From NCBI GenBank assembly GCA_963514005.1, contig OY740787.1, positions 73,718,001-73,782,000 of the forward strand: a stretch of 64,000 nt of DNA, read 5' to 3'. Below are positions 52,376 through 64,000 of this stretch, in pieces. The stretch comes from Raja brachyura. Its lineage: Eukaryota. The notes under the pieces were generated by a model. The model was not told the origin of the DNA and did no database searches. It saw only the letters and a program-made list of their open reading frames with translations. Each line of letters starts with the position of its first letter. Position 1 is the first letter of the stretch. The translations under genes were made by a program, and so were the position numbers.

Positions 52376-53244
52376 ATAATATTCTCAATGACCATTTAAA
52401 TTATTTCTAAGAAGATAAATACAAAAACTACTGAAGTCATGCAGTTCTTTCATTTCCTTTATATCCTCACAGTTAAAACCTTACTGACAACCCAAATAAT
52501 CGGAAGCAAAGTCCATCAAACTATATGCAGAATTGATTTTTAGACTGATTGCCCAAAATGTACAATTACAAATAAATGTATTGTGAAATATGATTCAAGT
52601 AGATCCTTTTTCAATCTTGAGGATAAATATTCCAGTCTATAAAGATCCAGGAAAAAGTGAAAATAGAAAGTACAAGTTTTACCTGTGTGTCAGTTTATTT
52701 ATTTTTTTAAAGTTACTTAAGTTGACTGTGGTATCTTTGTGCCAAAGTGTTAAATTTCAGTTTAAAAGTTCTACTTTGTCTTTTACATACAGTCCTAAAT
52801 ATTACAATTGGTTGGAAACTGAGGCAGAGATATTTGGTTGAACTAGGACTTTGTACAAGGGTTAAGGTAGAGATGAATCATTTCTGTAAAACTAGGCTAA
52901 TTTTATTCCCTCTTACAGAACTAGGTCTTCAATTTAATAGTCCCATGAGTACTAGACACCTCACACAAATGTTTACGTAGAGGTCTAGACATTACCAGTC
53001 CTGTCAGTAGATTACTTAACCCGAGAGAACAATGCATTAGACCCCATACTTGCTGCCTTGAATTTTCAGCACAGCTTCTCAGATAATCAGCAATCTGGTC
53101 AATATTGCTCATTTTAATTTAGGATCAGTTGAAACACCCTTACACCACTCACTGATATCAGACAATTCACCACCGGAAATAAATCTACAACTTTCAGAGC
53201 CGTACAACTACTTTAATTCATAAATCAGCTGAGCTATTAAAGCA

Positions 53245-53432
53245 CGGAGACACAAGAAATTGTACATATTGAAATATTGGGCAAAACACAAAGTACTGTA
53301 GGAACTCAGTGGGCTAGGCAGCATTTGGGGAGGGTACGGACAGGTGACTTTTCAGGTCCAGACCTTCTTCAGGGAGAATGTCCATTCCCTCCCAGATGCT
53401 GCATGACTCACTGAGTTCCTCCAGCACTTGAC
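53245..53432. repeat. Palindromic Penelope-derived element; further decayed copies at about 296-400, 4255-4325, 23935-24070, 24480-24665, 26700-26800, 28700-28795, 31985-32035, 38240-38357, 41090-41250 and 59178-59350
   Basis: Shared words gaactcag...ggcagcat...gagg and gatgctgc...ctgagtt...ctccagca. Confidence 0.7.
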
Positions 53433-53792
53433 GTTGAGCTATGAATAGTCCCATTTAAAGATAACCCCTCCAATGTTCTCCTTCCAGAACATGATGACAG
53501 ACATGTACATGCTCTGATTTTTTTTAAACTAACTGCAAGGACCAGTTGGCTGATTATTGATCTTTATGGTACGGAAATATCCACGGGTCTGAATGCACTT
53601 ACTGGAGCCAAAACAGTGAATAAAACTGTGTGCTACCTCTCAACTGCATATAAATTAGTTCTTCAAAATTTTGACCTAGGTTTTAAAAGTGGACTTCTTT
53701 TGGCAATATTGCTCTTTTCAATGAGTTATCTTTAAATATCCCATGTTTCTCCCGTGCAGAATATTTCCTTCACGATCGTTAAATGCTCTTAC

Positions 53793-53924
53793 TTAGTGAA
53801 TCGGATTTCCAAATGTGAAGTAAGATATTCTCGAGGTGTGAAGGTGTGCTCCCAGACCGCTAAATTAGGAACATAATTGATAGAGAAACAAAGCTCAGAG
53901 AGAGCAGTGTGTAGTTTGTCCAAA
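53793..53924 (-). CDS. NCKAP1: NCKAP1 exon: [43 protein letters not shown](K)
   Basis: 132 nt, ttttcag acceptor and gtaag donor, phase 2/2. Confidence 0.96.
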
Positions 53925-54072
53925 CTGAAAAACAAAATTAAAACAAAATTAAAAGGACAAATGCAAATGTATGCTGCATAACAACTTCCAGAAAGCTCAA
54001 ACTATTTAAATTACTGTAAAAGTGCTATATGAAATGAAAGCATATGCATCCCTTTCATGAATAGCTATAGTA

Positions 54073-54511
54073 TAGCGATGTTACAATATTTACCTTCAGC
54101 AGCGCTGAAGTTCTGCCACTGGCCGTGTGCGCGACTATGGCGCCTTTGATTAGCTACAATTAGGTTACTAACTGATTATATGCTTTAATTTCAGGTCATC
54201 CAAGTAAGATTGGTTCATATTTGTTTCAGAATGCTTCAATCTATAATAACTAAAAATGTCATTCAGTTCTCTTAATTTTTAAGAAAATTATGGGCTTTTG
54301 ACTGTCCTCGATCACAGCTTCTGTGTTAAGTCAATGGAAAAGCATAGGGAACAAGATGCTAATTTCCGAGTATGAAAATGGCCATAACTTTTTTTAATAC
54401 TGAAGATATGAAAGTGAATTAGGTGTCAAATTAAACTTATTTTTATGCTTTATCTGATGGGATAAATTGCAGACTTGACTTTTTTAATCTCAAAATATTG
54501 TAACATTGCTA
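54073..54511. mobile_element. Non-autonomous DNA transposon, unclassified (hAT-like TAG termini)
   Basis: 19-bp TIR tagcgatgttacaatattt / aaatattgtaacattgcta with 1 mismatch; flanking 7-bp direct repeat tatagta. Confidence 0.75.
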
Positions 54512-54947
54512 TATAGTAACAGACTGTTGGTTACCCCCCAAACTGTATCAATTGAATTGCAAATGAGTTGCCTTCATTATACTTTCATATCGTTGGTTTT
54601 CCTCATTGAAATAATTTATATTTTGGGAGAAATATTAAGCACTTTCTGATTTACATTGAAAATAATTTTCTCTAGAAAGAAACACAAGCAGAATGCTTTG
54701 ACCAGGTTTAAAGTACAAACTATTAACAACATCAATAAATGTTCTAAATATGGCTTTATTGTTACTGAGCCTTTTAAATGAAGAGAGCTACTTTTGATTT
54801 GTAGAGCATGTAAGGATTTAGTACAAACTGCAAGTCAGTTTACGACAAGAAATCAACCTTGAAAGTGTTATCTTTTCACAAGATAGCTTTATGTTTTATG
54901 TTGGTAAAGAACATCTTGAGCTAAGAATAATGAGGAAGACTGCTCAC

Positions 54948-55087
54948 TTGGTAACCAGTAGCCTGTTCTTTCTCATGCTCTCCACTCCAGGTTTTTCCCT
55001 TTCAGGTTCCCCTTTCTTTCCAGTTTGCTTTTTGGACTTTTTATTCACTGCTTGACTGATAGTCTTGGCACAATGTTTTGGCAATAA
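54948..55087 (-). CDS. NCKAP1: NCKAP1 exon: [46 protein letters not shown](N)
   Basis: 140 nt, ttttatag acceptor and gtgag donor, phase 0/2. Confidence 0.96.
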
Positions 55088-55467
55088 CTATAAAACAAAA
55101 AGTGTAATCTTTAAAACAGGTTAAAATAAAAATGTCACAACCGGCAATATCGACATATTAATGGAGGTTGAATCCCACCAAATACATATGGGTTTTTAAA
55201 AATGCTAGCGAATTCTGATTTAAGAGATTAGAATTTGTTTTGCTTTGCACAGCATAGAGTTTGGTTCTCTGCTGAACAAATAAAAACCTACTGTACATTA
55301 AGTTGCAAAATTTACATTTTTCACCACTTTCTTCACAAAACATGTTTTTCAAATTATTTTAAAATGCTATTTTAAGTAACTGTTTTTAGCATTCTCTGTT
55401 CTTCGTGCATCATTTAAAAATCAAACAGGTTAAACTTAACTGTGCAATATGCACATTTTGTTCTTTA

Positions 55468-55632
55468 TAGAAACATAGAAAATATGTGCTGGAGTAGGCC
55501 ATTCAGCCCTTCGAGCCAGCACCGCCATTCAATATGGTCATGGCTGATCATCCAAAATCAGTACCTCGTTCCAGCTTCCCCCCCCATATCCCTTGATTCC
55601 CTTAGCCCGAAGAACTAAATCTAACTCTTGAA
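55468..55632 (-). mobile_element. CR1 3' UTR and tail fragment (another at about 57455-57540)
   Basis: Near-identical to the 3' UTRs at 46760-46890 and 401-540. Confidence 0.85.
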
Positions 55633-57114
55633 AATTGAAGTTTCCCTTGTGTAATTTATTTTTCTACCAAATCAGCAAAATAGTCATCATAAAGATGATT
55701 TATGGTCCTCTGTTGCGTCTCATTTGATTCCTCCCCTGATGCATTTTACCACACACTTTCATCATATCAACTAAGAATACAAAGAGAATTATGCAAAGTG
55801 AATTTGTACTTAAAATATCAACAACAAACAGATCTACAAAATGTTGTTGACCTTAGCCGTTTGCATTTTCATAATTGCTGTTATTTTATGGTTAATCTTT
55901 AGTTTCAGTTTAGAGATACAGCATAGACGGCCCTTCTCTACTTCGTCCTTACATGACAAAAAATGTTAAAACTAATCAACATCTGAAGGGGAACATTTCT
56001 GGTTAATTACCTCTCATCAGTTTAAAAAAATTTAAATAATAGGATTTAAAATCTCATCTTTGATCAATGGGCCAGCCCTCTGGTAGCTATTTAATGCCAA
56101 ACCCACCATGGTACCAGTTCCCCAACTGCTGCAACTGGATGAAATTATCTGCAGTCAAAAAAGGGTGAGCTTTTACATGCATGTCAGGTGATATCTCATC
56201 ACCTCTCTTGCTTATGTCTTCCAGACTTGGAGGAGCCACAATTTCTTCCATTCAAATACTGTCAAAAATTCACCTCCTGCTTTTGTGGCAAACTAAGCAA
56301 CCATTCCACAAATTCCATCCTCATCCATTAATTTTTCTCAAAGACTACTTTCTTTTCTCTATAATATTATCTGGCAATCGTTCTGACCATTTGCTGTTAA
56401 ATCTTTTTCCATTATCTTTGTTATCCATAGCCTCAATTATCTCAGTGCATTCCTGTTCAACCATAAATGTGTGTCTTTCAGTTGCTTAATCATTCCTTTC
56501 CGTTTCAGTCCTTTGGTACTTCAAAGTACGCATCTCCTCTCCCCTTTGTCAATTGTACCACTGATGGCAACAAATTAATTTCAGCCTCACACCATGAAAT
56601 TGCCTTGCTCCCTTGCAAGAGGCTTGATCTCCTTTAAGACCACACTCTGAACTCACTTACCAACATTTTGGATGTCTATCAAAAAAATACTAAGTGTCTG
56701 TTTATATTTAAAAAATAACAAATCTGCATTTTGGATGTAGGCAATATTGACTCATCGTGATAAACATCTGTAGTTTAACTAGAATGCCAAAGCAGTTCGA
56801 AATCTCCAAGAACACTTTTCTGTGGAATTGAGTCAGGCGACATGGATTCAGATCAGAAATATACTAATTGGGACAACTTCATCCTTTTGCAAAATCATCC
56901 ATCTTATCAGTTTAAGATTAGTTTATTGGTGCAAATTACTGCACCCGACCAAAACAAAAATGTTTTAAGCATTTTAAAAACTAACTGTGATATTTACTGT
57001 CATGGATTTTTGAATAGATTTCTGAATGCTGATAGGAGCATCAAGCAACTTCTAGACCCAGTTTCTGCAAACTGCTTTTCTCCCAGATCTAGAAAAATAT
57101 AGCTGAAATCTTAC

Positions 57115-57234
57115 CTGATCACTAAGGGTGCACTGCTCTGTGCATATATCTGTTATGAGGTTGCGGGCTTGCTTAGCCATTTCATCAAGGAACATGTTGC
57201 ACAGCGAGAGACTACGATCCCCAATGTGATGCCT
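57115..57234 (-). CDS. NCKAP1: NCKAP1 coding exon (first in window): [40 protein letters not shown]
   Basis: 120 nt, ttgtag acceptor and gtaag donor, phase 0/0; peptide matches vertebrate NCKAP1 from about residue 588 as recalled. Confidence 0.96.
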
Positions 57235-58189
57235 CTACAAGATCCAGAATTAATAAAAACTATGAGTGTCCAATGCATTCTGAATATATACCGAATGATG
57301 AAAATGTGGGCTTTATCAACATGTGAACTAATGATACCATTTCAAATATACTGTTCAAATATACAAATGAACAGTTAAAAATTATTACAATGACTCATTC
57401 GTCTGCACACCTAAAAACGCCAAAGAGACCAGCTGCTTAGCACATAACATCAGAGTCATAGAATCATAGAAAATAGGTGCAGGAGTAGGCCATTTGGCCC
57501 TTCGAGCCTGCACCGCCATTCAATATGATCATGGCTGATCAAATTAGAAAAGGATCTCGAACTTATAGCTGCAACATTTATTTTTGACATCAATTTAACC
57601 TAAAACTGACATCACTCGTTCAACTCCCAAAGATGCCTCTCAAAAAGTGCCTCACAAAGCCCAGTGACAAAATTAAGTTGAATGGTGGTAAATTCAACAT
57701 GGTTTATCGTGGAAAGTTGAAGAAAATTTTCAAATTATCATTTTTTATCCATTGAAAACAACATAACATAGGTGGGGATGATCCATTAAGGACAAACAAC
57801 ACACCCACAGCTAGATCTTCTCCAAGGAATGCATTCGTTTGCGGTTGTCAAACTAACCTAAAACATAAATAAACATGTACATTAGGGTGCAGCTCAAATG
57901 AGAGGTCAGTTCAAGCCAGAAACCCACTGACTTTTGATTTCTTGCCACTGCCTATGCTTCCTTCCAGCCGGATAGTAGCAAATGCTGAATGGACCTATTA
58001 CTGGCACATCGTGAATTTTGAACAAATTATAAATTATAACTTCTGAAACCTTTGTGCGAGGCATATAGTGATTTAAGGGTCTAGCTGTTTCTAGCTATAC
58101 TGCAAAGATCTTAATCTCGCAACTAGATTAAATGATTTGAAAATTTCATGGCTACATTGAGCTAGATGGTGCAAATATAGCTGGCCCAC

Positions 58190-58580
58190 AAGAAACAAAG
58201 TGCTGTTGTGGAGGGAAATGGACAGATTGACTGGAAATGGACATTTTGGACTGGGCAATTTCTTCAGACAGTGTAGCTGTGAGACTACAATGGGTGAAAT
58301 AAAATAAATATATAGGACTCTATATATTTGGTGGGAGGTGGAAGTAAGGAGGAGGGGAAAGGAGCAATATGACTAGGATGGTGGAAGAAATGTGTGCACA
58401 CCAAGGGTAGGGCTGAGAAAGAGGGGGTGTTATTTCAAATTGGAGAATTTTATATCCATACCATTGGGTTGTAATCTACCTAACCAGAATATGAGGTACT
58501 GTTCTCCCAGTTTGCATGTGGCTTCACTGTGACAATGAAAGTGGCCAAGGAGAGAAAGGTCAGTATGGGAATGGAAAGGT
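58190..58580 (-). mobile_element. Penelope-like retroelement 3' remnant (GIY-YIG C-terminus plus 3' UTR)
   Basis: 58579..58430 reads PFHSHTDLSLLGHFHCHSEATCKLGEQYLIFWLGRLQPNGMDIKFSNLK*; followed by a pyrimidine-rich UTR and a decayed ctgaagaa motif at about 58240-58270. Confidence 0.8.
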
Positions 58581-60171
58581 GACTTTTATTTCTGCTGAAA
58601 ATTCAACATCTGCAATCTCTTGTATCTGTAGGCTGCAAGAAATGCAGGCAAATCACTCACTGTATGAAGTAGCTAAATAATCAAAGTGAACATTAGCTTC
58701 TGAAAGGTTAATCTTTTTAAAGAAATTGGTTGGTTTTCAATTGGGGCAAACAGCTGTGTCCACATCCTAAATATGTTTTGCTTTGCGCAAGTACATACTT
58801 TCTAGATACTAAGCTTTACCCTATACTGGGCATGGAAATTCCTTAACTGAAAACCTTTTGCCAGTCTATTAACTAGATCAATGAATCATATTTGGTTCAT
58901 AACAGATGGTGCAAGTGTCCTTTGGAAAATAACATTGCTTGAATAAGTGAAGCATTTGTTGGTTTTCTACCTGCTGTGGGAATGGTCAAACAAAAGAATG
59001 ATCTCATGATCGATATAACAACAAGACAGCATCTATATTTAATCAGGAGCAAACGATTTCATGCCCATTAACAGGTGTGGGAATTTACAACAGCAGTGTT
59101 CACCATCAACATCAAATTATCTTCCACTCTAGTCTGGGAACAATCTTACAAAAAAATCAATATGCTTCAGTTTCAAAAGAGAAATGCTGGAACTACTCAG
59201 CAGATCAGACCGCATCCATGGGTAAAGAAACTAAGTTAACATTTTGGGTCAAAGATGCTTTGCCAGAATTGGGAACTCTCAGCTCTGTTTCTTTCCCATC
59301 AATGTGGCCTGAGCTACTGAATATTCTCAGCATTTTCAGTCTTTACTTTCAATTTCCGTGCCTCAGCTAAGCTTGAGTAAGGATCCTTCTTTGAATACAA
59401 ACTTTCTGTAGTAGAGAAAGTCTAACAGAAATGCTTTCTTATTACTACAAAAACTGATGGGAGTGGGCACAACAGTCTGTAGGCAAAAAATTGTTTGAAC
59501 ACACGATATTCAAGAATTATAGTTTGCAATTAAAAAATACCAGCTTCCAAACAAGTTTCAGCTGCTTAATTATGCTTATTGCATAGATATATTAAATTAT
59601 GTGATGCATTTTGATCACAAAAAACATATTTGCAAATGCATTGTGTGTTGAGCATAACAGCACATACTAGAGATTGTCCTCAAATCTATCCAAACTTCTA
59701 CCTCAACATTTACTTCAATTTTAACTCCTTTAGCCTCCCTAAAGATTATAAGCAATTAAGCTCTTTTCAGCTAATTAACGGGCAAACACTGCATCGCAGG
59801 ACAGCTGCCTATAAAACTAGGCCGATGTGTTCAACTCCAGCCTCTAATTCACAGGTCATCATCTTCATCTGGCAATGCAGTGTCTTGAGCAACCTTGAGA
59901 TCCGCCTCATATTGTCTTGCTAAGTCAGGGTCCATCTAAACCTCTGGGGGTGCCTCAAAAGCTCACCTCAAAAGCTGTCTGGTTCCATCCTTATTCCTTC
60001 TTGCATCCCCCAATACAGCCCTATAATCTATTTCTGAAACTTAAATATGTCTGATACCGTTTGTAGTTGGATTGCCAATGTTGGCGTCCCCAATTCTTCA
60101 ATGTATGGGCTGAGAACCATCTAGAATTCTGAGAACGGTCATCAACGTCTATACTGCACTACACATTAATA

Positions 60172-60296
60172 TCACAAAAGCTGGAGTAACTCAGCGGGCC
60201 AAAAGAAGGGCCTCGACCCGAAACGTCACCCATTCCTTCTCTCCAGAGATGCTGCCTGTCCCACTGAGTTACTCCAGCTTTCTGTGTCTATCTTCA
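60172..60296. repeat. Partially palindromic Penelope-derived element
   Basis: aagctggagtaactcag / ctgagttactccagctt arms enclose gaagggcctcgacccgaaacgtcacc. Confidence 0.78.
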
Positions 60297-61285
60297 GTTG
60301 ACTTTGCCCACCATCTCCCAAGCCATGCTTCCAAATTCTTCTAGGGCCATCCTTTTTAATCTTGAGATTGCTCCATTCTGATAAATATTGCTGTTTGCTT
60401 CTCAAATGTTCAAAGTACTTAAATAATTATAATGACTGTTTCTTAAATGCCAACATCTTGAAATTAAATACTTATGGTTAACATAAATCCTGTGTTATTC
60501 ATCATGAGTGGTTTGAAACATGACAAAACATTGCTGCTAAGATGATGCTGTGTTAAATAAACCGCATTGCTTTAAAACCAGTGCTTATGTACTTAGTATC
60601 TGATTGAAGGCAATTACAACAATTGTACAACTTATGCCTCCAAGATAGATAAACCTCCTGATTGGACAAATTCCAGGTTTTAAAAATTATGTTCCATCTG
60701 TGCAAAATGTAACGAATACTACAAGGCACATAGCAATCTATCTCTTCGTTGTTCACTTCGACATCTTGACTGAATTATCCAAGGCACTTTGACCATCTTT
60801 AAATTCTGAGAAGCTAGATTAGTGTGGGACTTTACGATTATACTTCCCTTCAGTTGAATGTTGCAAGATGGCAGATACAAAAATCACGCTTTCTCTTTAA
60901 AATGAACTAGTTTATGTAGCTAATTTAAGCAATTTGTCTGTCAGTGGAGATAATGCAGGTCTCCTAATATCCCATAAATCATCTGATACGATTTTGCAAA
61001 ACGTGGAACCCAGACCATAAAATGAAAAGGCCATCCCTCTGATTGTATGGAAGACCAATTTAAGTTGTGAAACTTTTTCACATCTGTCTTTAGCAGACGG
61101 CCATCAACTCAAGGCTCCGGATTACCACTGTTACAAAGCCAGGACAAATGCAGAACTGTGCTATAAGATCTCAGTGCATGGATAGAACTTTGAGCCCAAG
61201 TCAAGTGCTTACAGTGCAACAGGGTATTGTTACTAACTGGCGGTAGTGAATGGCATTCATTACCAAAATAAAAGTGAATAGCTAG

Positions 61286-62797
61286 CAGATGTTTGAGGAT
61301 GCAGCAGAAGGCAGCATCAACGAATACACATTCTCTGTCTTAGGCTACATAAGTAAGTGCATCGATGATGTTCTTCCAAAAGCCACCATCTGCACTAACC
61401 CAAATCAGAAACCCTGGGTCAGACGGGAAATTTATGCTAAACTCAAAGCACGGACCACTGCCTTCAACTCAGGGGACCCTAACGTGTACAAAGCAGCCAG
61501 ATATGACCACCGGATGTCCATCAGGAAAGCCAAGAGAGTCTACAGGAACAAAGTGGAATCTAATTACTATGGCTCTGACCCCAGACGCATGTGGAGTGGA
61601 TTGCGCTGCATCACAGATTACAATGGGGAAAAACAAGAGCACTGTCCAACCTACCGCTTCGCTCCCAGACGAGCTTAACACCTTCCATGCCCGGTTCGAT
61701 GCAGACAACACAGCACCCACCATGAGCCCACAGGTGTGCAGGGGGACTACCTCACTGACCCTACAACGGCAGATGCGAGGCAGTCCTTCAAAGAGGTCAA
61801 TGACTGCAAAGCTCCAGGTCTGGATGGTATTCCAGGGCGGGATCTCAGGGCGTGCGCTGATCAACTGGCAGAGGTGTTCACCAACATCTTCAACCTCTCC
61901 CTGAGTCAGTCTGCGGTTCCCACCCCCTTCAAAGCATCCATCATTGTTCCTTTTCCAAATAAACCAATAATCTCCTGTTTAAATGACTACCGTCCTGTCG
62001 CATTGACATCAGTCATCATGAAGTGCTTCGAGCGACTAGTCAAAACTCACATCTGCTCCTCTCTCCCTGACACCTTGGACCCTCTTCAGTTTGCGTATAG
62101 ACCAAACAGGGCCACGAACGATGCCATCGCCATGGCAACTCACACTGCGCTCACCCACCTGGACAAAGGGAATACATATGTGAGAATGCTCTTCATTGAC
62201 TACAGCTCGGCATTCAACACTATCATTCCCTCAAAACTCGTCCCCAAGCTCCTTGATCTTGGACTGGAGACCTCCATCTGCGGCTGGATATTCGACTTCC
62301 TGACGGGCAGGCCCTAGGTGGTGAGAATTGGCAGCCACACCTCTTCCCCACTGATCCTCAACACAGGCACACCACAGGGCTGTGTGCTCAGTCCTCTCCT
62401 GTACTCCCTGTTCATGCACGACTGTACTGCTAAGCACAGCTCCAACATCATCCTAAAGTTTGCTGATGACACGACCATCCTGGGCCTCATTACAGACAAT
62501 AATGAGACGGCCTATAGAGAGGAGGTAAAGGCACTAAACAGCTGGTGCCAGGAAAATAACCTCTCTCTCAGTGTCAGCAAAACTAAAGAGATGATCGTGG
62601 ACGACAGGAGACAGCAGGGGACAACATCATATATGTTGATTATTTTATTTATTATTGTCATTTTAATCTTATTTTTTTTAATCTTATTTTTATCCTTGTA
62701 ATATAATTGCTGAGGTGACCCGTTGTCTTGTCAAACACATTTCATTGTACCGTTGACCCCGTGTTAACCTACATATGACAAATAAAACTGAACTGAA
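61286..62797 (+). mobile_element. Rex1/Babar LINE (second family), truncated, with an internal deletion before the 3' UTR
   Basis: [36 protein letters not shown] and KFADD motifs; TAG stop at 62315-17; tail aaataaaactgaactgaa. Confidence 0.92.
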
Positions 62798-64000
62798 GCG
62801 AACACTGTCTTAAAACGTTTCTAAGTTGCCTTATTCATCCAATCTGTTCAGAATTCCTTCAGCATCCTTCAAAGACAACTATTGCAATGCCATTTAATGA
62901 TTAATGTTATGGGCTTAACTTCAATATAAACATGTTTGATTACCCTAGCGAATACATTGGTGGATCATAAGGAAAGCCACACCATTCCATTAAGCAGTAA
63001 GTCATAAAACTTGTTCAAGTCCAAGGTGTAACCCACTGCTGCTGGATGTTCCAGCCTGCATTGACTGAGAATAGGGCTGTGCTATTTCTTGGCAATTGAT
63101 TCTAACTGGCAAACAAACTACACTGGGTTGGGTTCATTGGACGTGTTGATCAACCAAATGTCTGTGTCTGGAGCAAATGTCAGCATTTTCCAACCACTAT
63201 CTTCGTGTGCAATGGATTTCCCATATGGGAAAAATAATAAGCAACAGGAATGTACAAAAAGCCTGACAAAGAAGTCTGACAAATATTTTTGTAATATCTG
63301 TTCAAAAAGTTTAATGTTCAACCTTAATCTTGCCAAGCGGAGGTCATAATTAACCATTTACATGACTAGTTGACTTATCATTTAGTTCTACTGGTCATGA
63401 TTCTTCAGACATTGAGAGGAAAGTTCCTTCATAATTTTTCTGCATTTTAGATATATAGGGTATAAAACATGCAGCAATCATCTAGAAATGGTGGTCTCAA
63501 TTATATTTTCCATAATGCAAATCAAATTGTAATGGTAAAGAGCCTCCTTGAAACTAACACTGAACTATTAAAGTGATGGAGCCTTGTACACTGGCAAATA
63601 TCAATTAGCGCAGATTGATCCAGATACTTTTAATCAAAACTGGGTACCCTGTACAGTGGCTGACCTTTACAGCTCCTTAATAGATTAGAATTGGAGCTTT
63701 AGAGAATATAGTTATAAAAGTCAGTGTGACACTACTTATCAGGAAAATGGTGGTACTAGTGAACTTGCTACAAGTCCTTTTCTTAAAGCCAGTCAGTCTT
63801 TACTCGAAGCCTTTTAACAGATAACTAAACAAAATAGTGTAGCATTTCCAAAACAACTGCCCCCTCAAACCATTCACACAGGAAACATGTTTGCCCATGT
63901 CAATGCAACCGTATTATTAAAACAACTGTAGACATTAAAGGTGGTGTTTATCAAAATGTGGAACTAAACTAGTTCTAGTAGGTATTTGCCAGAGCTTTGA

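Noticed and set aside
57235-64000. Next upstream NCKAP1 exon (expected ...FEKMFQQCLELP...THELCPEE)
   Set aside because: Not found by manual reading; it probably lies beyond the right edge of the window.

Overview
Eukaryotic vertebrate genomic DNA, most likely a cartilaginous fish such as a skate or ray (inferred from HE1/V-SINE, elasmobranch-type CR1 and Penelope-derived repeats). The window holds the 3' half of NCKAP1 (Nap1/Hem-2, WAVE regulatory complex) on the minus strand: 14 GT-AG coding exons from 57234 down to the TAA stop at 2393-2395. They total 1626 nt (541 aa plus stop) with consistent phases and are followed by an AT-rich 3' UTR. The introns carry CR1 LINEs (one nested in another), two Rex1/Babar LINEs, a full-length dead Tc1 (IR-DR), three PIF/Harbinger MITEs, hAT-type MITEs, V-SINEs, a Hero 3' end and a Penelope GIY-YIG remnant. 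The most notable signal is a family of about 15 short, often palindromic Penelope-derived elements that carry a minimal hammerhead-ribozyme core; some copies lie sense to the NCKAP1 pre-mRNA. Second is an unexplained cluster of six copies of a 14-mer in otherwise unique intron sequence. All calls come from manual reading; family names and the human comparison are from memory, not from database searches.
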